Part shown: in pieces, positions 48,896 through 58,340 of the stretch
Layout of the letters: every line of letters starts with the position of its first letter
How positions within the stretch are numbered: the first letter of the stretch is position 1
DNA from: a virus
Lineage: Duplodnaviria > Caudoviricetes
Direction: 5' to 3' (one strand)
IMG/VR virus record: IMGVR_UViG_3300016478_000054
Span: 1-62,328 of that record
DNA: 62,328 nt
The notes under the pieces: generated by a model
What the model saw: only the letters and a program-made list of their open reading frames with translations
Databases searched by the model: none
Told to the model about the DNA's origin: nothing
Translations under genes and position numbers: made by a program

Positions 48896-49690
48896 ATGAA
48901 ATACGATAAAATTGCAGAATGCTACATAGACCAAAATGGATTGGACGAAGAATTAGATATTCAATCAACCGAATATCTTGACCTATCCGAAGCAACCAAG
49001 GATGGTAAAGACGTAGAACTAAACAAGCCATTCAGGACTCCCGGACAAAGAAAGAAGTTTGCTGTCTATGTCAAGAATCCTGCCGGTAAGGTTGTGGTTG
49101 TTCGGTTTGGGGACCCCCAATTATCGATAAAAAGGGATGATCCGGAGCGTAGGAAGTCTTTCAGAGCAAGACATTCTTGCGATACGGCCAAAGACAAGAC
49201 AACTCCTAGATATTGGTCTTGTCGTTTCTGGGAAGCAGATAAATCTGTGTCTGACATCCTCAAGGAAGAAGCCAGTCATATTAGTGTGATGCCAGCTTCC
49301 GAAGATGACTATTATGATGTTGTTGGTTTGGATCAGCAGTTTCCGAATAATCAATATTCTCTGAGGCAGTTTAAGAAGCCAGAATATTCATTATCTGTAG
49401 CCAAGGACAACGATAATAATCTGCATGGATACATTCTCACTAAGCCAGCAGATGACGGCTCTACGCTGATCGTGAAGATGCTGACTGACCAGAACTCTAG
49501 AAACATGGGAGTCGGCTCTAAGATGCTTGATCATGTCATTCAGAAACATGGTAATTTGTCCCTAAACGTCAGACACCATAATGAACCAGCTATTTCTTTG
49601 TATCAATCAAAAGGATTCAAGCTAGATCATGTCAAACCTTCATACTATATGAATGGTGACGATGCTTATCATATGAGACTATCGACCTAA
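48896..49690 (+). CDS. Fusion of a basic phage domain (KKF.VYV..FGD..SFRARH.C..YWSC) and a RimI-like GNAT acetyltransferase
   Basis: MKYDKIAECY leader; RNMGVGSKML (R-x-x-G-x-G), LNVR..N..AI.LY..GF..YY.NG.DA..M. Confidence 0.7.
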   Translation: MKYDKIAECYIDQNGLDEELDIQSTEYLDLSEATKDGKDVELNKPFRTPGQRKKFAVYVKNPAGKVVVVRFGDPQLSIKRDDPERRKSFRARHSCDTAKDKTTPRYWSCRFWEADKSVSDILKEEASHISVMPASEDDYYDVVGLDQQFPNNQYSLRQFKKPEYSLSVAKDNDNNLHGYILTKPADDGSTLIVKMLTDQNSRNMGVGSKMLDHVIQKHGNLSLNVRHHNEPAISLYQSKGFKLDHVKPSYYMNGDDAYHMRLST

Positions 49691-49726
49691 GAATTTCCAT
49701 AGAAAATTTCAATCTTGTCTTTTTCT

Positions 49727-49756
49727 TGTTGGTGTTATACTAGCGTTACACCAACA
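49727..49756 (+). promoter_or_regulatory. Extended -10 promoter inside a 9-bp inverted repeat
   Basis: TGTTGGTGT-TATACT..-ACACCAACA. Confidence 0.55.
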
Positions 49757-49771
49757 CACAGAGGAATCAAA

Positions 49772-50065
49772 ATGTTCCACAGCGTTCAAGAAATCGAAGA
49801 TCGTGACTATGAACTTAGCTACAACCCTCAAGATCGATTCATCGGTTTTGATCGTGGTGATCGTCCACAGTATGACTTTGATGACTATGAAGTTATTGGT
49901 CGCATGACCAATAAGTCCGGTAAGCGTGTTGTCATCAAGCGTTATTTGGACAGCGAAGAATATCACTTTTTGTATCGTGTCTATGTTGGTGATCGTTGCG
50001 TCTATTCTGTTGTGAATTCTCAATCGGCAGCAATCAGTGTTGCTAGGGAATGGATGGAGAAATAA
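49772..50065 (+). CDS. Hypothetical early protein
   Basis: GAGG RBS, own promoter and terminator. Confidence 0.6.
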   Translation: MFHSVQEIEDRDYELSYNPQDRFIGFDRGDRPQYDFDDYEVIGRMTNKSGKRVVIKRYLDSEEYHFLYRVYVGDRCVYSVVNSQSAAISVAREWMEK

Positions 50066-50093
50066 AGAAAGGGGACATAAAGTCCCCTTTCTT
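50065..50093 (+). terminator. Terminator abutting a late promoter
   Basis: AAGAAAGGGGAC-ataaa-GTCCCCTTTCTT. Confidence 0.8.
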
Positions 50094-50100
50094 ATAAATA
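50093..50100 (+). promoter_or_regulatory. T4 consensus late promoter
   Basis: TATAAATA 25 nt before ATG 50126. Confidence 0.75.
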
Positions 50101-50125
50101 TATGTTTAACAACAAATAAAACAAT

Positions 50126-50683
50126 ATGTACGATAATATCGCAAAAGCATATATTAAAACTTTAATAACAGAATCAAAAGAACCACTTTATGTATATCAT
50201 GGCGGAACATATTCTGGTGGAGAATATAATCCATATGCAGTAGGAGAACTCGGAAATATTCGTCCTATGGGTGGAGGAATATATGCTGGTGATACAGAAT
50301 ATCATGCATCAAGATATCTAAAATATGGAAAAGAATCAGCAAAGGTACATAAATTCGAAGTTGATTCTGGGGCAAGTATATTTCCGATGAACGGAAAAGC
50401 ATGGAATATGGAAACTCCAGAAATGCAATCTCACTGGAGAGAAAAATCTTTGGCAATTCAAAAAGATTTTCAAGATCAGGGTCTAGTTAGACAATCCCCG
50501 TTTGGTCATTGGGGACATTGGGCAAGTCAGATGTCATTTTCCAAGTCTGTTCCAGAAAGAGAGCAGATGCGCCAGATTCTACTAAAGCATGGCGTTGATG
50601 GTGGAAAACAAGTGTTTGGTGATGAGCCGGGAGGAACCGAGTATGCCTTTTACAACACTAATGTGTTAAAACATATCGATTGA
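50126..50683 (+). CDS. Putative internal head protein, ART-like
   Basis: MYDNIAKAY..LITE^S leader; YVYHGG..G.GIY....A..Y..G.DG..EYAFYN. Confidence 0.55.
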   Translation: MYDNIAKAYIKTLITESKEPLYVYHGGTYSGGEYNPYAVGELGNIRPMGGGIYAGDTEYHASRYLKYGKESAKVHKFEVDSGASIFPMNGKAWNMETPEMQSHWREKSLAIQKDFQDQGLVRQSPFGHWGHWASQMSFSKSVPEREQMRQILLKHGVDGGKQVFGDEPGGTEYAFYNTNVLKHID

Positions 50684-50700
50684 AAATTTCAATCATCTAT

Positions 50701-50750
50701 AAGTCCTAGTGTGGTATACTCAACAGTATCAACAACAAACTAGGACTTTT
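50701..50750 (+). promoter_or_regulatory. Extended -10 promoter within a hairpin whose 3' arm holds the RBS
   Basis: AAGTCCTAGT..GTGGTATACT..ACTAGGACTT. Confidence 0.6.
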
Positions 50751-50752
50751 CT

Positions 50753-51205
50753 ATGCCTTGGATTCAAAATGTTTCGATGTACTCTGTCCTGAACGGACTG
50801 CATTTCTTTGAGCCTAATAAGACTGTTTGCATTCGCATTCAGGATTTTGGTAACACCAATTTTCTTCCATCAAAGTATCATGATGAATTTATTTCTGTTT
50901 ATCCTTTTTGCTTTAATGACAATGATGACCCCGATTCCGCTGCAAACATCTCTGTTGAGCAGGCAAAAAGGATTGCCAGCATCTTGACGGAGTGTCTTGA
51001 AAAAGGATACAATGTGGTTGTAGCATGTCATGCGGGAATTTGCAGGAGTAAGGCTGTTGCAGATGTTGGAGTCCTCCTTGGATTTCAGGATACTGAGATG
51101 CATGGGATTCCAAATGTACTAGTCAAAAATCGACTCAAGGAACAACTTGGTCTGACTGTTGATTATTCTGAAGTTTTTAAATTTGTTCTTCCTGATTGGG
51201 AGTAA
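50753..51205 (+). CDS. Protein-tyrosine/dual-specificity phosphatase-like protein
   Basis: VVACHAGICRS (CX5R), F.D, PN. Confidence 0.75.
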   Translation: MPWIQNVSMYSVLNGLHFFEPNKTVCIRIQDFGNTNFLPSKYHDEFISVYPFCFNDNDDPDSAANISVEQAKRIASILTECLEKGYNVVVACHAGICRSKAVADVGVLLGFQDTEMHGIPNVLVKNRLKEQLGLTVDYSEVFKFVLPDWE

Positions 51206-51206
51206 A

Positions 51207-51503
51207 ATGAGTAGAACATATCGTAGAAAAGCAGATAAAGGAACAATGAATGATTGGGCTTTTAGAAGTTCAATTTATCGTATTCATGATTATTCCGAAG
51301 AAGAACTAGAGCGACTTCGATCAATGTATCATTCTGACTCCTACGATTGTTCTTTTAAAGAACCGGGACCAAGTTGGTATAGGAATCTATATACAGAAAG
51401 ACCAAACAGGAGGAAGAATAAATTGGAACTTAGAAAGTTTATTCTTGATCCTGACTATGAACCGATGTGCATTGAAAAAGGCAAACTTGAATACTGGACT
51501 TAA
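51207..51503 (+). CDS. Conserved basic phage protein
   Basis: MSRT.RRK..HSD..P.WY..R. Confidence 0.55.
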   Translation: MSRTYRRKADKGTMNDWAFRSSIYRIHDYSEEELERLRSMYHSDSYDCSFKEPGPSWYRNLYTERPNRRKNKLELRKFILDPDYEPMCIEKGKLEYWT

Positions 51504-51643
51504 AATGTTGATTACTCTTTATAATATTTTAATTATCATTAGCATTGTTGCATCAATATTTGTTAATGAACCAAGTATAGTAATTCAACTATTGGTAATT
51601 GCAATATTCTTTAACATTTTGTTTTTCAAGGACAAATGAAATC

Positions 51644-52453
51644 ATGATGCCAGTATTAATTGGTTCTAGAGCATTGCAATATTGGAATCCAACACTAAAA
51701 CTAAAAGATGATACTGATTGGGATGTTATTTCTTTTAAGCAGCATTCTGGTTGTGAAGTGCATGATCCTTTGTTTTTAAACAACATGGATATGACAGACT
51801 ATGCCCTTGGTCATAATATTATTATCCTTCCAGATAAAACAAAAGCATGTGTAATGAGTCCAACTGGGCTTGCCATCATTAAGCGGTCACATCTTCATCG
51901 TGATCTAAATTTTGATAGGCATATCACAATGTTTCATAAATTTGGCTTAAGTGAAATATTGAAGGAAAAATCACACAATTCTATTGCGAATGAAGACCTT
52001 CAGAAACGCATTAGATTGACTAAAGAAGCATTTCCTCAAGGAAATCCAAACTTGATGCAGTCCAAGGAAGATTTCTTTGATGATTTTGTTACAAAGAAAT
52101 ACGACCATGATTATCTTCATGAGTTGGTTGCGTTTTATGACAAACCTTTGTATGTTTCTTTGTTACGAGATGAAAAACTTGCTTGGTGTGAGCAAGAAAA
52201 GTGGTATAATCTATCTTATGAAGATAAAGTAAAGTGTGTAGCAGAGGAAACCGTTGTTATTGCTATCGAAAGGTTTATGATTCCAAATAACTGGAATTAT
52301 CCTTCTAAGTTGGCATATATGAAGGCACTTCGCAAAGTATGTACTACTTTGTGTTCTGGTTGGTTTAGGGATTTTGCTATTGACTTCTACCCTGAAGTTA
52401 TGACAGAATATAGTAATTCTGTGTTTGTTAATGTTAAATCTAGATTGGAGTGA
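51644..52453 (+). CDS. Conserved phage protein with NTase-like N-terminus
   Basis: LIGSRAL..DTDWD..IKRSH..FFDD..YDHD.LHE..GWFR. Confidence 0.6.
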   Translation: MMPVLIGSRALQYWNPTLKLKDDTDWDVISFKQHSGCEVHDPLFLNNMDMTDYALGHNIIILPDKTKACVMSPTGLAIIKRSHLHRDLNFDRHITMFHKFGLSEILKEKSHNSIANEDLQKRIRLTKEAFPQGNPNLMQSKEDFFDDFVTKKYDHDYLHELVAFYDKPLYVSLLRDEKLAWCEQEKWYNLSYEDKVKCVAEETVVIAIERFMIPNNWNYPSKLAYMKALRKVCTTLCSGWFRDFAIDFYPEVMTEYSNSVFVNVKSRLE

Positions 52454-52457
52454 AAAA

Positions 52458-52808
52458 ATGAGCCTTAAAATTGAAATTGGTAATATGCTGGATGCTGCTG
52501 ATCGTGACGTTCTTAGCGACTTCTTTCTTTCTGAAGTATCCGATAAAAATAACGAGTATTGCTACGAAGAAACCAGAGAGTTTATTACAGAAATTTACTC
52601 AAAGGAAATCAAGCATAAGTTTGTTGACTCTTTTGGTGGAGAAGGCCAAGGCGATTCTTTTTGGTCTGTATATTCTTTCACTAAAGATGATGAAACAGTT
52701 TATGTAAAGTTTGATGGATGGTATCAATCATATAATGGTGCCGAATATGATAGTTGGTTTTTTGTGAAACCTGTTCAGGTTACTGTCACTCAATATCAAA
52801 ATGACTGA
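52458..52808 (+). CDS. Conserved phage protein (GGEG.G..G.Y.SY.G)
   Basis: Recurrent motif; GGAG RBS. Confidence 0.55.
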   Translation: MSLKIEIGNMLDAADRDVLSDFFLSEVSDKNNEYCYEETREFITEIYSKEIKHKFVDSFGGEGQGDSFWSVYSFTKDDETVYVKFDGWYQSYNGAEYDSWFFVKPVQVTVTQYQND

Positions 52809-53274
52809 AATCAAAATCATCAAAGGTGATATTCTTACAGTTGATTCCGGACTTCTTGTTCATGGAGTCAACTGTCAGGGAAAATTTAATCTCGGAATTG
52901 CCAAACAGATTAGGATGATGTATCCGGCAGCATACGCTGCCTATATGGAACAATTCTCAGACAACGATCATAGTGAATTCTTCCATAAAAGAAATCTTTT
53001 GGGTAAAATTTGTAAAGTTCCTGTCACTGAATCTTTGTCGATTGTTCATGCGTTTTCTCAACAATATTATGGTAATGATGGAAAGAAATATGTATCCTAT
53101 GATGCGATAGATTCTATTTTTCAAAAACTGTCTGAGTATGTTGAGCCAACGGCGTATATTCATTTCCCAAAAATCGGATGTGGGCTTGCTGGTGGTGAGT
53201 GGTCTGTGGTACAATCCATCATTGAGCATCGACTCAAGGATTTCCCCAACAAATTTTTGTGGATCAAGGAATAA
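52801..53274 (+). CDS. Macro-domain protein (T4 Tk.4/TARG1-like)
   Basis: KGDI..HGVNC.G....GIA..I...YP..FPKIGCGLAGG.W. Confidence 0.85.
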   Translation: MTEIKIIKGDILTVDSGLLVHGVNCQGKFNLGIAKQIRMMYPAAYAAYMEQFSDNDHSEFFHKRNLLGKICKVPVTESLSIVHAFSQQYYGNDGKKYVSYDAIDSIFQKLSEYVEPTAYIHFPKIGCGLAGGEWSVVQSIIEHRLKDFPNKFLWIKE

Positions 53275-53277
53275 ATT

Positions 53278-53562
53278 ATGGCAAATTGGGACAAACTGAA
53301 ATCTCTGGTTGACCAGATGAATGATGAACTATATTCTGAAAATGTTTCGTCAAATGCTGATGTTGAACTTGCAAATATGCAGCAATTTGTCAAGCAATAT
53401 CGTGAAGATATGAAAGATCGAATTGAGAGAGAAAAAGATTCTCTGAAAGAAAATCGTGAGCTTGGTCTATGTATTAATGCCATTGAACAAGAAGGATTTG
53501 TTCGTGGTCTGATTTATGCTCTGAACAACTTTAATTATTTCTTCGGTGAAAATGAGGAGTGA
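53278..53562 (+). CDS. Hypothetical protein
   Basis: AAGGA RBS. Confidence 0.5.
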   Translation: MANWDKLKSLVDQMNDELYSENVSSNADVELANMQQFVKQYREDMKDRIEREKDSLKENRELGLCINAIEQEGFVRGLIYALNNFNYFFGENEE

Positions 53563-53565
53563 ATT

Positions 53566-54597
53566 ATGTATGTAAATGGCGAACGAGTGATGGCATATGT
53601 TGCCACGATTGAAGAAAAGAAAGCAATTGAGGGTGCCGATCTAATCGAAGCCTATCGTGTAGGTGGTTGGTGGGTCGTTGATAAGAAAGATACTTATTTT
53701 GTTGGCGACAAAGCCGTATATTGCGAAGCTGATTCATGGATTCCGCATAGCCTTGCTCCGTTCCTGTCTAAAGGAAAAGAGCCTAGAGAATTTAATGGAG
53801 TCAAGGGAGAGAAGCTGAAAAGTGTGCGGTTGAAAAAACAAATTTCACAAGGTCTATTGCTTCCTCTTTCCGTTCTTCCTGATTATCCAAATCCACAATT
53901 TGAAGGCGATCCGGTAGATTCTATTCTTGGAATTCAATTATGGGAAGCACCGATTCCGGCATGTCTTGCTGGACAGATGCGTGGTAACTTTCCATCTTCA
54001 ATTCCGAAAACATCAGCAGAACGTGTACAAAACCTGAATCGTTCTATTGAGCAATGGAAAGAAGCGGGATATACTTTTACTGTAATGGAAAAAGCTGATG
54101 GTTCAAGTACATCGTTTTTTCTAGATGTAGATGATTTCCATGTTTGTTCTCGGAATTGGAGTCTCAAAGATGAAGGAGAGAATACCTATTGGAATATGGC
54201 TAAGAAGTATTCCATTCAAGAAAAGATGATTGCAAATAACATGCAAGGTCTTGCTATCCAAGGCGAAAGTATTGGAAATTCTATTAATGGAAATCTATAT
54301 GAGATGCAGAATCAAGACCTGCTTGTTTTCTCCATCTACGATACCAAAACCAGTTCTTATCTTCCGACAATGGAAGCTAAGAAAATTGCTGATAAACTCG
54401 AACTTAAATTTGTTCCAATTATCGGTCAATGCAATGATCTGCCTACGATTGATAGGATGCTTAATTTGGCAGAATTCAAATCGAATCTGAATCATTCTGT
54501 TAACGCTGAAGGTCATGTATATCGATGTAATGAAGACCCGAATATCTGTTTCAAAGCAATTTCCAACTTATATTTGCTTAACAAAAAGGGTGATTAA
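53566..54597 (+). CDS. RNA ligase, DRB0094 family
   Basis: N-terminal OB-like IEGAD.IE..GW..QISQGL; EKADGSS, CSRN, QGE..G, FVP, EG.V, FKAISN. Confidence 0.88.
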   Translation: MYVNGERVMAYVATIEEKKAIEGADLIEAYRVGGWWVVDKKDTYFVGDKAVYCEADSWIPHSLAPFLSKGKEPREFNGVKGEKLKSVRLKKQISQGLLLPLSVLPDYPNPQFEGDPVDSILGIQLWEAPIPACLAGQMRGNFPSSIPKTSAERVQNLNRSIEQWKEAGYTFTVMEKADGSSTSFFLDVDDFHVCSRNWSLKDEGENTYWNMAKKYSIQEKMIANNMQGLAIQGESIGNSINGNLYEMQNQDLLVFSIYDTKTSSYLPTMEAKKIADKLELKFVPIIGQCNDLPTIDRMLNLAEFKSNLNHSVNAEGHVYRCNEDPNICFKAISNLYLLNKKGD

Positions 54598-54674
54598 TAT
54601 TTGATTATTATTTTGACGCTCCTTTCTAGCGTTAGAGTCCTTGGGTTTGTGGTGAACCGCGAAGGACATTTTTG

Positions 54675-54702
54675 TTGACTTTGTTGAAAGTCGTGGTATA
54701 CT
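54675..54702 (+). promoter_or_regulatory. Sigma70-type promoter
   Basis: TTGACT-16 nt-TATACT with TGG extension. Confidence 0.6.
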
Positions 54703-54733
54703 ATCAACATCTTTATTTCGGAAAATTTGTTTT

Positions 54734-55243
54734 ATGAAAACCATAGTCTGGGTGGATTTAGATGGCGTCCTGTGCGACATGGAGAAACGCTATCAAGAAA
54801 TTTTTAAGATGACTCCTTCTCAGGCAAGAGATAATCTTTCTTCTGCTGATCTGAGGAAATACTGGAAGTTTTTTGTTGAGACTTCTCAATTCGCAACTCT
54901 GGATAAACATCCTAGCTGCGATGAGCTTGTTAGCTACCTTAAAGGGCTTCCGAAGCGTGTTACTGTGGCTACTCTCACTTCTTCGTCTGGGTTTGAGTAT
55001 CATGACATCGTTCAGGGACATAAGATTCACTGGCTAAAGGAGAATAATATTCCCTTTATTCCGGTAGTTGTTCCGGGTAGGAAATATAAAAAGGGTTATG
55101 CAACAAGTAATTCTTTCTTGATTGATGACCATCATGAAAATGTATCTGAATTTATTGCTGCTGGCGGAAATGGCGTAATTCATACCAATGCTCATGATAC
55201 CATCAAAGCTGTTGAGGAATTTCTGAAATGTCAAAAAAGCTAA
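54734..55243 (+). CDS. HAD-family 5'(3')-deoxyribonucleotidase-like protein
   Basis: DLDGVLCD, LTS, K..W, K, LIDD. Confidence 0.85.
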   Translation: MKTIVWVDLDGVLCDMEKRYQEIFKMTPSQARDNLSSADLRKYWKFFVETSQFATLDKHPSCDELVSYLKGLPKRVTVATLTSSSGFEYHDIVQGHKIHWLKENNIPFIPVVVPGRKYKKGYATSNSFLIDDHHENVSEFIAAGGNGVIHTNAHDTIKAVEEFLKCQKS

Positions 55244-55470
55244 TAATCAACAAAGAAGTCTGGACAGAAGTTGAGGTTGAAGTCGATCTATCAGAATTCT
55301 CAACAGAGGAACTAGAAGATGAATTGTCAACCAGAGATGATTACTATGATGTAGATGGTCTGAAATATGAAGCAGAAAAAGCAGTTCAGGCGTATCGTTG
55401 TCGGACTCCCGGATGGGAAGAGATGATGTTTGAAATTGTTCACGAAGTAGCTGGAAAACTTCGAGTCTGA
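55228..55470 (+). CDS. Hypothetical acidic protein
   Basis: GAGG RBS. Confidence 0.5.
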   Translation: MSKKLIINKEVWTEVEVEVDLSEFSTEELEDELSTRDDYYDVDGLKYEAEKAVQAYRCRTPGWEEMMFEIVHEVAGKLRV

Positions 55471-55479
55471 GTGATTTTC

Positions 55480-55529
55480 GTGGTATACTAGACTCCATCA
55501 GCAAGCAGCAACACGGAGTCTAGTATGCT
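55480..55529 (+). promoter_or_regulatory. Promoter overlapping a hairpin that sequesters RBS and start codon
   Basis: GTGGTATACTAGACTCC..GGAGTCTAGTATG. Confidence 0.65.
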
Positions 55530-58298
55530 TACCTTCCAGCAAGAAAACATCGGTGAGTTTCAAGAAAAGGAGTTTGGTAACTCTTTTTCATACCGCAACA
55601 CTTCGGATGAATGGGCACTTTCTAGTGGTCTGATTCATGAGATCGATGTTGGCGATGGCTACAGGTTCGGCATCGTCAAGAAGTCTGTCGCCTATATCAG
55701 TGTGGACGAAGATGAGTATGGTAAGCCTGTTCTTGAAAAGTGGTTGCTCAAAAAGAATGTGACCTACTAAAATCTGTGGTAGAATATCATCATACGCACA
55801 CAAACACTGGAGTTAAACATGATCACCAAGAAAGACGCTATCGCCTTGGGTAAGGCAATCTCTGCTGGGGCTTCTGCTGAGAAAGCAAACTGTTTCAATC
55901 GTCAAGACGAGGTGTATGCGATTCAAGGGGCAACTTATCGTATGCTCAATAACATCTGGTATGATGTTCTTCCTCCCAAGGTTAGGGAACAGTTTGGATT
56001 TGACTCGCAGAATTTTATCAACGAAGTTTTGAAGTAAAAATATCATGGCTAAACTTATCTCTACCAAATTTGTCGAATCCCTGTCTGATGATGTTCTTCG
56101 TCAGATGATTGCTGATCATGAAATTTTTAGTCAGAAAGGTTCTATTGGAGACTGTGAACTGAGGGATCAGACTGAAAAGTTTTTGCATCAATTTGGAATT
56201 CCAGACACCAATGTTGTGATGTGGATGGATCGACTGATGTTTGATGTATTTCGCAACTTTGCAATGCGCTATATCAAAATTTGTGGCGAGATAACTCATG
56301 ACTGACGAAGAAGTGATTGAGCAATGTGTTTTGTTGGATATGACTCCAAGTAAACCGATTTATCTACTGTCGCATGACTATACAACATATGCATTGACAT
56401 ATATACAAACTTATTGGGGGTTGATTCCATATGGTGTTAGACAAGCACTAGTAAAATCTGGAAGCATATTTTGGACTGAAGATGAAGTCAAAGCAGCAAA
56501 ACAACGAGCATTGAGTCGAGAATAAGTCATGACGAAATATATTTCTAAAGAAGCAAAGCGACTTTCTCAGATGCGGTTTAACGAGAAAGAACCAAAGCAA
56601 ATTCAATATACCCCACAAGAAAAATTGTGGACACAATATTGGTCATCAATTGACCGAAACGATCTTCAGACAATATTGGAACTTAAAGAGTTTCAGTATA
56701 TTATGTGTGGTGAAAATTCCATTGTTGTATATTTCAGGAAACTAGAAACTTCTGATGATTGTTTTAATCGAATTTCTGAACAACAAGCAGAATGGGATGC
56801 ATATGAACTCCGTAAAAAAGCATTCTATGCCGACATTCAAAAACGAATTGCAGAAGCGGAAGAAGCTGAAAAACTTCGTCGTGAACGATTCAATAACCCA
56901 GAATACCTTGAACTTCTTCGTCTGAAAAAGAAATTTGGAGAACTGTGATGAGCGAAATTTTTGAAAAAAATGCAATTGATTGGCTTCAGAAAAAGATTGC
57001 GGAATTTGTGTTTACCCAACAAGATTCTTATGAAAATGAGTGGTATACAACTGATCGAAAACTTGTAACATCAATTCTAGATGAGTTTGTAAAGTTTGTT
57101 GATCATGAAAATATCGAAAAGGAAAAGCGCCGCAAGCTGTACGAAGAACTAAAGAAGGAGTTTGGGATTTGGGAATGAATGACCTAATCTACCGATTAAG
57201 GAAGCGTGCTGAAATTCGTAGGAATGCTACTACACGCAAAAGTGTCCAAGAAGGAAACCCTGATACGATTTCAGATTTGCTTGAAGAAGCAGCAGATGCT
57301 ATTGAATCGCAGGAGAAAAAGATCAAAGAATTAACTGGAAATGTTCTTCCTATTAATTTCAATCCTAACTTTAGGATGTCTCCTTTTCAATTCGATCCGA
57401 ATCAATGTCCTAAATGCTGTCTTGACATTAGTGGTGTAATCTCTTATTCTTGCAATCACAAAGACTGTCCATGTGGTCTTGGTCCAATTTGGAGTTAATG
57501 TAATGTGGTATGAATCAATTGCAGAATTAGCCGCGATTTATGGAGAAATGTGTGCTATTAATGAAACACCAAGAAAAGACCAAACACCAGAACAAACAGA
57601 TAGGTTAAAAGTTCTTAGACAAGAGTGTATCAATTTACATTATGAAAGGATTTTGATGAATGTTTGCTGGAGCAAGGAAAAATAAATGTCACATATAATT
57701 CTTGACGCTGTTTATGTGAAAGAACTATGCGAGAAATATATTGAGAAACGATCTAAACAATTTTTAGATTCTCAAGAGCCTTTAATCCAAAAGACGATGA
57801 AAGGTGGTTGGTTTAGAAAACCAATGACGCGAGAAGAAGCAATTGAACATCTAAATTTAAATGCTTCTTTGTATTCTAATTGGCATTTGGTTAAATTGTC
57901 AATGATTGGAAACGATCTTCGCGTAGAAGACGTTTTGAAGGCTTGTATGCTCGACCCAAATGGAGTGATTCATCTTAATGTTAGAGATGCAGCAATTTTG
58001 AGCGTTGTGAGGGATTAAATTTATGAGTTGTATTGTTACCGGATGTAACTATCCAGAAGGAGAATGTTCTGGCGGCTGTTCTGAAAAACATGGTATTGAA
58101 ATTCAGACGGCAAAGATTGTTAAAATAATCAAGCCAGAATACTATGTAGAATCTGATATACTCGGGACAAAAACAATTATGGTGAAATACCCGGATCAGG
58201 AAGCATTTCCATTTATCAATATTCTATATGACTACAGAATCACATCAAACTCTGGTCAATATCAATTGGCCGAAGAAATAATCAAGTTAATTTCTTGA
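55525..58298 (+). other. Run of small hypothetical CDS (55525-55770, 55819-56037, 56045-56305, 56298-56525, 56529-56948, 56948-57178, 57175-57498, 57503-57685, 57686-58018, 58023-58298)
   Basis: Tightly packed + strand ORFs, most with RBS; 57175-57498 has a C-terminal Cys cluster. Confidence 0.55.
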
Positions 58299-58340
58299 AA
58301 TGGGTAAATAGTTCTATTAACAAAGGACTATTTACCCATT
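58299..58340 (+). promoter_or_regulatory. Late promoter embedded in an RBS-occluding hairpin
   Basis: AATGGGTAAATAGT..ACTATTTACCCATT, perfect 14-bp inverted repeat ending at the ATG. Confidence 0.7.
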
